64,000 nucleotides of DNA, from the NCBI GenBank assembly GCA_023433065.1, contig JAEZET010000006.1, positions 4,646 through 68,645 on the forward strand, read 5' to 3'. Source of the stretch: Cyanobacteria bacterium OH_CBrB_359 (GTDB taxonomy: Bacteria; Cyanobacteriota; Vampirovibrionia; Gastranaerophilales; Gastranaerophilaceae). The position numbers were made by a program, and so were the translations under genes. The notes beneath the pieces were generated by a model. The model saw nothing but the letters and a program-made list of their open reading frames with translations. It was not told where the DNA came from and made no database searches. Shown piece by piece: positions 57,289 to 64,000 of the stretch. Every line of letters starts with the position of its first letter. The first letter of the stretch is position 1.

Positions 57289-57741
57289 CTATTTAGTAGC
57301 AGCATTTAAATATTGAATAATTTCATCCGAAATATCAACGCCACCTGTAAATACTACCCTGTAGTCCAAAACTATGCTGTAATTTTTACTTGCAGCAACA
57401 GCTTTTGTAGCGTCCATAATATTTTTGTAGATTTCATCTTCTTTTTGTAATTTTAGTTTTAAGACTGTATCTTCTTTTGCTTTATATTCTTTCTGGATTT
57501 TTTCTTCAAAGTTTTTCTTTTGGATTGGAGATTCAATAGCTTTAAATTGTTTATCTTTATCAATAACGTATTGTTGAAGTTCTAAAACTTTATTATCTAT
57601 TTCTTTGTAGGAAGTTTTTGCATAAATATATTCCGATTCAATTTTTTTGAAGTTTGCATAGGCTATAGTATCGGCAAAAGCACCTAAACTTGATGCAAAT
57701 ACTAAGCAAAACACTAATATTATCAATTTAAAACTTTTCAT
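57289..57741 (-). CDS. OmpH/Skp-like periplasmic chaperone
   Basis: Signal peptide, then a 150-aa coiled-coil protein with Skp-like termini. Confidence 0.6.
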   Translation of the reverse strand: MKSFKLIILVFCLVFASSLGAFADTIAYANFKKIESEYIYAKTSYKEIDNKVLELQQYVIDKDKQFKAIESPIQKKNFEEKIQKEYKAKEDTVLKLKLQKEDEIYKNIMDATKAVAASKNYSIVLDYRVVFTGGVDISDEIIQYLNAATK

Positions 57742-57872
57742 TAATTTTCCTCCAAATCTTGTCTAGTTAATTTTATCAGGTAAAGTCCATAAACACAAGT
57801 TTTTTTGATAAAATTAACCTGTTGGAATATCTATGTCTATGTTAGTATAATGATTAAAAAGGAAGATGAAAA

Positions 57873-58883
57873 ATGCTTATAATAATGCGCCCCGGAGCGG
57901 AAAAAGAACAAGTTGAAAAGGTCGTTGGCTTTATTAAACGTAAAGGATTTGACGCACATATCTCGGAAGGTGAAGTCCACACAGTTATAGGTGCTGTCGG
58001 AGGTAAAATTATTGACCCCAGAGACATTGAACTTTTAGAAGGTGTTAAAGAGGTTATAAGAATAACATCAAGCTACAAGCTTGTAAGCAGGGTATTTCAA
58101 AAAAACGACACAATAATTGAAGTCAATGGCACTAAATTCGGCGGTGAATATGCAGGAATAATTGCCGGACCGTGTAGTGTTGAAAGCTATGTTCAGATGG
58201 ATGCCGCCGCAAAAAAATTGAAAAGTTACGGCATAAATATTTTAAGAGGCGGCGCTTTTAAACCCAGAACATCCCCTTATGCCTTTCAGGGACTGGGGGA
58301 AGATGGGCTCAAAATTTTAAGAGATGTAGCTGACAAATATAATTTAGCAATAACATCAGAAGTTATGGAAATATCGCAAATCCCACTATTCCTTGAATAC
58401 GTGGATATACTCCAGGTCGGCGCAAGAAATATGCAAAATTTTAACCTTTTGAGAGAACTTGGGAATGTAAATAAACCCGTAATTGTTAAAAGAGGAATGA
58501 GCGCAACCATAGAAGAATGGCTAATGGCTGCAGAATACGTAATGTCTGGTGGAAATAGAGAAGTAATCCTTTGTGAAAGGGGAATAAGAACATTTGAAAG
58601 AGCGACAAGAAATACTCTTGATATTTCAGCTATTCCCGTTGTCAAAAAAATAAGCCACCTTCCAGTAATCATAGACCCGAGCCATGGAACAGGACTAAGA
58701 GATAAAGTTTCACCTATGTCTAAAGCTTCTGTAGCAGCAGGCTGCGACGGACTTATAATAGAAGTGCATGATGACCCTGAAAACGCTCTTTGTGACGGAG
58801 CACAGTCTTTGAGACCTGAAGAATTCAACGTACTTTTTGAAGAAGTTAAACAAATTGCACAAGTTGTTAAAAAAATATTGTAA
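57873..58883 (+). CDS. 3-deoxy-7-phosphoheptulonate (DAHP) synthase, type I-beta, with N-terminal ferredoxin-like regulatory domain
   Basis: IAGPCSVES, LRGGAFKPRTSPY.FQGLG, QVGARN.QNF and DPSH motifs. The N-terminal ~70 aa resemble the Thermotoga-type regulatory domain. Confidence 0.9.
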   Translation: MLIIMRPGAEKEQVEKVVGFIKRKGFDAHISEGEVHTVIGAVGGKIIDPRDIELLEGVKEVIRITSSYKLVSRVFQKNDTIIEVNGTKFGGEYAGIIAGPCSVESYVQMDAAAKKLKSYGINILRGGAFKPRTSPYAFQGLGEDGLKILRDVADKYNLAITSEVMEISQIPLFLEYVDILQVGARNMQNFNLLRELGNVNKPVIVKRGMSATIEEWLMAAEYVMSGGNREVILCERGIRTFERATRNTLDISAIPVVKKISHLPVIIDPSHGTGLRDKVSPMSKASVAAGCDGLIIEVHDDPENALCDGAQSLRPEEFNVLFEEVKQIAQVVKKIL

Positions 58884-58901
58884 AAAAATTATTAAATAAA
58901 A

Positions 58902-58925
58902 AAGCTGCCACTTTCGCGGCAGCTT
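58902..58925. terminator. bidirectional terminator between the DAHP synthase and HU genes
   Basis: AAGCTGCC-N8-GGCAGCTT with flanking A and T tracts. Confidence 0.7.
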
Positions 58926-58940
58926 ATATAATTGTAATTA

Positions 58941-59234
58941 CTATTTTTTAGCGTATTCTTTAGAATTTACAATGTCTTTGAATTTTTTACCTGCTGAGAA
59001 TACAGGAGCTGTTTTAGCAGCAATTTTGATTGGTTTTCCTGTTTGAGGATTGCGTCCTGTTCTAGCAGCTCTTTTTCTTGATTCAAATGTTCCAAATCCA
59101 ACTAAAGTTACTTTTTTGCCTTTTGCAACTGTTTTCTGAACTGTATCCATAAAACTATTTATGATTTCAGCAGCTTCTTTTTGTGTAACTTTAGCTTTTT
59201 TTGACACCTCTTGTACTAATTCTTCTTTGTTCAT
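58941..59234 (-). CDS. hup: HU-family DNA-binding protein
   Basis: MNKEEL, GFGTFE.R.R.AR.GRNPQTG..I.I motif. Confidence 0.9.
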   Translation of the reverse strand: MNKEELVQEVSKKAKVTQKEAAEIINSFMDTVQKTVAKGKKVTLVGFGTFESRKRAARTGRNPQTGKPIKIAAKTAPVFSAGKKFKDIVNSKEYAKK

Positions 59235-59332
59235 AGTAATAAACCCCTTTCATCAAATGTACAATTATTATTATATTGAATTTTCAAAAATACGCAAGAG
59301 TTTTTTATATCAAATGTAGACTTATTGCTATA

Positions 59333-60835
59333 TTATTTATGTTTCATTGTCGGAAATGCAATTACATCACGTATTGTAGGAGAGTCAGTAAGCAGCATTA
59401 CAATCCTGTCAATACCTACACCCAGTCCGCCCGCAGGAGGCATTGCATATTCCAAAGCACTTATAAAATCTTCATCAATGTCCTGAGCTTCTTCGTCTCC
59501 CATGGCTTTTGCCTTTGCTTGAGTTTCAAATCTGTTTCTTTGGTCAATAGGGTCAGTTAACTCAGAAAATGCGTTACAAACTTCCCAGCCGTTTATCCTT
59601 GACTCAAAACGTTCTGTCAGGCGAGGATTATCTCGATGGACTTTGGCCAAAGGCGATATATCTCTTGGATAATCAATAATATGTATCGGCTGAATCAAGT
59701 GCGGTTCAACTTTCTCTTCAAAAATCTTATCTAAAATTTTACCCCAGTTATCACCTTCTTCAACTTCAATACCAAGTTCTTTCGCCTTTTCTGCAGTTTC
59801 ATCTGCTGTATAATAATCATTAAAGTCAATCCCTGTATACTCTTTAATTGCACCGAGCATGGTCTTCCTGTCCCAAGGTGGGGTAAGATCCAGTTCTTTA
59901 TCACCAAATTTTATCTTCATAGTGCCTAAAACATCTTGAGCAATGGAAGATACCATATTTTCAACAAGCGCCATCATTTCGTTATAATCAACATAAGCCT
60001 GATAAAGCTCAAGCATCGTGAATTCAGGATTGTGTCTGGGTGAAAGGCCTTCATTTCTGAAATTTCTGTTGATTTCAAAAATCTTTTCGCTTAATCCGCC
60101 CACTAAAAGTCTTTTTAAATGCAATTCGGGTGCTATTCTTAAATACATTTCCAAATCAAGAGCATTATGGTGAGTAACAAAAGGTTTCGCAGAAGCCCCC
60201 CCTGACAATGTCTGAAGCATGGGGGTTTCAACTTCCAAAAATCCTAAGTTACAAAGATATTCTCTGACTTTTTGTATTATGAGACTTCTTTTTCTGAATG
60301 TATCTCTTACGTTTTCGTTCATAATCAAATCAACATAACGCTGACGATATCTGGTTTCGACGTCGGTTAATCCGTGGAATTTTTCGGGTAGAGGTCTCAA
60401 TGATTTTGATAAGAGCTTAAAATCTCTTACTTTTATGCTCAATTCTCCCCTGGGGGTTCTTCTTACGGTACCGTAAAAACCTGCAATATCACCAATATCC
60501 ATCAGTTTTAGAATTTTCATTTTTTCTTCATCAAGATTTTCTTTATGGCAGAATATCTGGATTTTCCCGCTATCATCCATCAAATCAATAAACATGCCTG
60601 AATTTCTCATCGCCATGATTCTTCCTGCAACTGCATAATAATCATTTGTTTCCTGAGAGCTCTCTAAATTCGCATATTTTTCCTGCAATACTTTTGCGCT
60701 TATGTTCTTGTCAAATGAATAAGGATAAGGATTAATTCCTTTATCTGCTAAATCGGCCAGTTTTTGAATCCTTGTAGCCCTTATATTGTCCTGCGATGAA
60801 TTAACTTCTTGCATTTTACCTCCAAAAATTTCCAT
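59333..60835 (-). CDS. lysS: lysine--tRNA ligase, class II
   Basis: Class II motifs (FRNEG, PPAGG.G.GIDR) and OB anticodon-binding domain. The internal ATG at 60814, preceded by GGAGG, may be the true start. Confidence 0.92.
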   Translation of the reverse strand: MEIFGGKMQEVNSSQDNIRATRIQKLADLADKGINPYPYSFDKNISAKVLQEKYANLESSQETNDYYAVAGRIMAMRNSGMFIDLMDDSGKIQIFCHKENLDEEKMKILKLMDIGDIAGFYGTVRRTPRGELSIKVRDFKLLSKSLRPLPEKFHGLTDVETRYRQRYVDLIMNENVRDTFRKRSLIIQKVREYLCNLGFLEVETPMLQTLSGGASAKPFVTHHNALDLEMYLRIAPELHLKRLLVGGLSEKIFEINRNFRNEGLSPRHNPEFTMLELYQAYVDYNEMMALVENMVSSIAQDVLGTMKIKFGDKELDLTPPWDRKTMLGAIKEYTGIDFNDYYTADETAEKAKELGIEVEEGDNWGKILDKIFEEKVEPHLIQPIHIIDYPRDISPLAKVHRDNPRLTERFESRINGWEVCNAFSELTDPIDQRNRFETQAKAKAMGDEEAQDIDEDFISALEYAMPPAGGLGVGIDRIVMLLTDSPTIRDVIAFPTMKHK

Positions 60836-60947
60836 TCCTGATAAAATTTTATCATCAAAATAGATTATTGTTAAAAATTTTTAATTGTTATCCTGATTTT
60901 AAAATGACTACTGTATTTATTAAAAACAATATGACATAATTATTTTT

Positions 60948-61856
60948 ATGAAAGAAAAAGATTCAATATTAATCCCTGAAACTCTTGCCATAAAAGCACC
61001 TGATAAGAAGCTGTTAGAGCTTGTCAATAACAAAAAATTTAATGATAAGATCTTATACGAAAAAAATTCTGCTTTTCATAATATAAAAGTAGTCGAAAAT
61101 GAAGTTGGAAGATTTTTGCACTATAAAGATACTTATCAGGCAGGATTTATTGATACCGCTTTCTATAAGGGAAATCTGCCTTATATAAACTATTTTTTAA
61201 TCCCTTATCTTATTAATCCTGAAATTAAAAAAATTCTTATTATCGGGCTGGGCACGGGTAAATTAGTCAGTGATTTTAATAAGCTTTTTAAAACCTTAAA
61301 AAAAATTGACGTAGTAGATATTGAAGAAAATTCTCTTGAAATCGCCAAAAACTATTTCGGATTCGTTGAACCTGAAAATTTCAGATTTTACCTTCAGGAC
61401 GGAATTGTTTTTTTAAAGCAAAATAAATCAAAATATGACCTTATCATAACCGACGTTGCAAATAATGACGGAATTGACGGCAGATTCTTAACTGCTGAAT
61501 ATTTAAAAGAAATTAAAAAATCATTGAAAAAAAACGGGATTTTTGTCTCGAATTTATGTTCGAGCGCAGAATTTGACAACCCCGGGAATAAATTTTTACC
61601 GTCAATTTTAAAAAAATATTTAAGTGTATTTAAAAATGTTAACTTATACAAAGGTAATTACTCTGATAAAGTATATTACAAGTCATTCTTCGATATTGAA
61701 GAAAGAGTCATTGATATAACGAATCTTATAATAATCTCATCCGATAAATATAATGCATCAGCAATAAAAATATCTGTTAATAAAAATCAAATACTGGCAT
61801 TTAATGAGCTGAGAATTGATATTGAAAATTATATAAACGATATTCATATACTTTAA
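60948..61856 (+). CDS. spermidine-synthase-like (PABS fold) methyltransferase-fold protein
   Basis: ILIIGLGTGK, VDVVDIE and LIITDV pattern typical of the spermidine synthase family. Confidence 0.55.
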   Translation: MKEKDSILIPETLAIKAPDKKLLELVNNKKFNDKILYEKNSAFHNIKVVENEVGRFLHYKDTYQAGFIDTAFYKGNLPYINYFLIPYLINPEIKKILIIGLGTGKLVSDFNKLFKTLKKIDVVDIEENSLEIAKNYFGFVEPENFRFYLQDGIVFLKQNKSKYDLIITDVANNDGIDGRFLTAEYLKEIKKSLKKNGIFVSNLCSSAEFDNPGNKFLPSILKKYLSVFKNVNLYKGNYSDKVYYKSFFDIEERVIDITNLIIISSDKYNASAIKISVNKNQILAFNELRIDIENYINDIHIL

Positions 61857-62013
61857 GCAAAGATTTTACTTGTGCTAATCGCCAAATATAATATATAATT
61901 TGCATAATCGGAATGTATTTAATAATTGGTGTGTGAAATTTAAATTAATTATATGATTTAAAAGTACGTCATTTATTATTTAATATAAATGATAATGCTG
62001 TAAAGGAGTAACG

Positions 62014-62781
62014 ATGGATATAGCTGCGATAATCGGGTCAATAATGGGAGTGGCATTCATTCTTGTAGGTCAGGCTATGGAAGGCGGAAATATAGGCCAG
62101 TTACTTCAGATAACAGCTGCTTTTATTGTTTTGGGGGGTTCGGCGGGAGCAGTTGTAATGAGTTTCCCTGTGAACGTAATGGCCACTGCAATAGCACTTT
62201 TAAAAGACGTTTTCGGATCCTGTGAAGTTAATTTCGACGAACTGATTGCAGAAATAATAAAATTTGCCCAAAAGGCAAGAAAAGAAGGTATTATCTCTCT
62301 TGAAAAAGAAATAAAATCAGCATCAGACCCTCTTCTTATAACAGGGATGGAGGCCGTAAGCGACGGCATAGACCCTGTTCTGGTAAGAGAAATGATGGAA
62401 AACCAAATAGCACAGTTTGAAGCAAAAATCGCAGGCGGTGCAAAATTTTGGGAATCTTTCGGCGGATATACTCCGACTTTAGGGATTGTAGGAGCGGTTC
62501 TCGGTCTGATTCAGGTAATGCAAAACCTTAACGACCCTTCTAAACTTGGGGCAGGTATTGCTGTTGCCTTTGTTGCAACAATATATGGTCTTATTGCCGC
62601 AAACCTTTTCTTTATCCCATTTTCTTCAAGAATTAAATTTAAATATCAAAAAATATTCATTAAAAAAGAGATGATAGTAGAAGGTGTTCTTGCCATACAA
62701 TCAGGTGAAAGCCCCACATTAATTGAACGTAAATTAAAATCATTTTTGATAGATGTTAAGACAACAAGCGAAGAAAGCTAA
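62014..62781 (+). CDS. motA: flagellar stator protein MotA
   Basis: 255 aa, 4 TM, PTLGIVGAVLGLI and AFVATIYG.. motifs of the MotA/TolQ/ExbB family. GGAG SD. Confidence 0.85.
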   Translation: MDIAAIIGSIMGVAFILVGQAMEGGNIGQLLQITAAFIVLGGSAGAVVMSFPVNVMATAIALLKDVFGSCEVNFDELIAEIIKFAQKARKEGIISLEKEIKSASDPLLITGMEAVSDGIDPVLVREMMENQIAQFEAKIAGGAKFWESFGGYTPTLGIVGAVLGLIQVMQNLNDPSKLGAGIAVAFVATIYGLIAANLFFIPFSSRIKFKYQKIFIKKEMIVEGVLAIQSGESPTLIERKLKSFLIDVKTTSEES

Positions 62782-63728
62782 TGGCAAAAAAACAAAAACA
62801 TGAAGAACATGAAAACCTTGAGAGATGGCTTGTATCATATGCTGACTTTATGACTTTGCTGTTTGCTACTTTTGTAGTTCTATATGCACTAGCACAAACC
62901 AATGTTACACAGTTTACATCACTTGGCGAGTCTTTAAAATCAGCTTTTACTTCCTCTGTATTTGATGGCAAAGAAGGCGTTATGGATAAAGACGGCAGTA
63001 AAGTCGTAGGCGAAGCCCAGACAGAAAGCATGATCAGCGCCCTTTTAATGGAATATTTGAGTCCTAAATATGAAGAAGAATCTTTCCAGCAAATCCAAAA
63101 TGAAATTAAAACACTTGTTAAAGATAAAGACCTTGATAATGTTGACGTAAAAGTAACAGAAAGAGGTCTTACAATAAGCCTGATTGATAAAGGACTTCTC
63201 TTTAAGCCCGGTTCGGCTGAACTTTATCCTGAAGCCAAAATTAAGCTTGATAAAATCGGCGGAATTATCGGAAGAAAATTTATTTTACACTTAATAAGAG
63301 TTGAAGGAAATACCGACAACCTCCCGTTTTCAAATGCACAATATCCTTCCAACTGGGAACTTTCATCTGCAAGAGCCTGTTCCATAGTCAGGTATTTGAT
63401 AAAAAGATTTCAATTTATGCCTGAGCTATTTACCCCTGTAGGTTTTTCTGACACCAGACCCGTCGCGCCCAATGATACTAATGAGAACAGAAGCAAAAAT
63501 AGGCGTGTTGATATCGTTATATTGAGAAATTCATATAAAAAAGGTGAGGATGCCAGAGATTCCTTAATTAAACTCGATAGAAAAGCTCAGGAAGAATTAA
63601 AACAAAAACAAACAGAAACCATAAACAGCATATTAGGATTGAGTGACGCTGCAAAAGAGCTCACCGAAAGCACCCCTGCCAGCCAGGAAAAACTTATCAT
63701 AATTGATAACAAGAAAAAACATTACTAA
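62781..63728 (+). CDS. motB: flagellar stator protein MotB (OmpA-like C-terminus)
   Basis: WLVSYADFMTLLFA plug/TM region. C-terminal GNTDN.P.......NWELS.ARA......L and NRRV.I OmpA motif. Confidence 0.85.
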   Translation: MAKKQKHEEHENLERWLVSYADFMTLLFATFVVLYALAQTNVTQFTSLGESLKSAFTSSVFDGKEGVMDKDGSKVVGEAQTESMISALLMEYLSPKYEEESFQQIQNEIKTLVKDKDLDNVDVKVTERGLTISLIDKGLLFKPGSAELYPEAKIKLDKIGGIIGRKFILHLIRVEGNTDNLPFSNAQYPSNWELSSARACSIVRYLIKRFQFMPELFTPVGFSDTRPVAPNDTNENRSKNRRVDIVILRNSYKKGEDARDSLIKLDRKAQEELKQKQTETINSILGLSDAAKELTESTPASQEKLIIIDNKKKHY

Positions 63729-63790
63729 TATTGTTTAAAACTTAGACTGTTTATATTAGAATTGATTTTATACTTCAAAGGGTATTAAAT

Positions 63791-64000
63791 ATGACAAATA
63801 AGCCAATAATAGCAGTTGTCGGGCGGCCTAACGTAGGGAAATCAACATTTGTAAACAGACTTGTAGGCGCAAGACAATCCATCGTAGATGATACGGCAGG
63901 TGTCACAAGAGACAGGATTTATTTTGATGTCGAGTGGCAGGACAAAGAATTTACAGTAATAGATACAGGCGGAATAATCCCCGGCGATGAAGATGAAATT
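63791..64000 (+). CDS. der: ribosome-associated GTPase Der (EngA), N-terminal fragment running off the right edge
   Basis: [19 protein letters not shown] (G1), DTAGVTRD (G2), DTGG (G3). Confidence 0.85.
   Translation, partial: MTNKPIIAVVGRPNVGKSTFVNRLVGARQSIVDDTAGVTRDRIYFDVEWQDKEFTVIDTGGIIPGDEDEI

Noticed and set aside
58286-58828. Long antisense ORFs appear in the track: 180 aa opposite the DAHP synthase gene, 170 aa at 31673-32185 opposite fumarase, 142 aa at 50117-50545 opposite the ADH gene, and many of 60-125 aa.
   Set aside because: All lie fully inside strongly supported genes on the other strand. They have low-complexity or Ser/Leu/Phe-rich translations, no SD and no recognisable motifs. 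They are typical shadow ORFs.
62014-63728. A MotA/MotB pair could in principle be ZorA/ZorB of a Zorya anti-phage system.
   Set aside because: Both proteins have normal stator sizes (255 and 315 aa; ZorA carries a long C-terminal tail). MotB has the standard OmpA-like peptidoglycan-binding end. No ZorC/ZorD-like genes follow (the next gene is der), and the genome clearly encodes a flagellum.
1-64000. I looked for CRISPR arrays, IS elements or transposases, integrases, prophage genes, and long direct or inverted repeats.
   Set aside because: I found no regularly spaced repeats, no transposase, integrase or recombinase-like ORF, and no tRNA-adjacent island structure. The two tRNA genes are flanked by housekeeping genes.

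Overview
AT-rich bacterial chromosomal segment, read with the standard genetic code. It is densely coded, and I found no transposase, integrase, phage gene, CRISPR array or rRNA. The gene content points to a flagellated, diderm, fermentative anaerobe. It includes an L-ring/P-ring flagellar rod cluster (flgFGAHIJ-flgN-flgKL-maf, 3.8-14.2 kb), a separate flagellin gene, motAB, Skp, and a trimeric HydABC-type [FeFe] hydrogenase. A Melainabacteria-like lineage is only a guess. The rest is mostly housekeeping: M16 peptidase, CCA-adding enzyme, rsmE, purA, trpS, fusA, ruvC, mtnA, tyrA, coaD, murT, a primary-type sigma factor, pdp, DAHP synthase, HU, lysS, der, and two tRNAs. I see no clear-cut novel multi-gene system, so the window looks mostly ordinary. 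The most unusual items are listed here. (1) A membrane-anchored 578-aa protein carries the signature blocks of a RelA/SpoT (small alarmone synthetase-like) nucleotidyltransferase core, followed by a 134-aa unknown ORF. (2) A divergently transcribed pair of paralogous radical SAM enzymes has four conserved cysteines N-terminal to the CxxxCxxC motif. (3) Two near-consensus sigma-28 (FliA) promoters are present, one in front of flagellin and one in front of a GAF/HD-GYP protein whose catalytic residues are substituted. (4) A Rex-type operator sits in front of the hydrogenase operon. (5) Several smaller oddities are also reported: an in-frame open extension after a TAG stop, a candidate sRNA, murT without gatD, and leaderless-looking starts. 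All functional calls come from motif recognition by eye, since no searches could be run.
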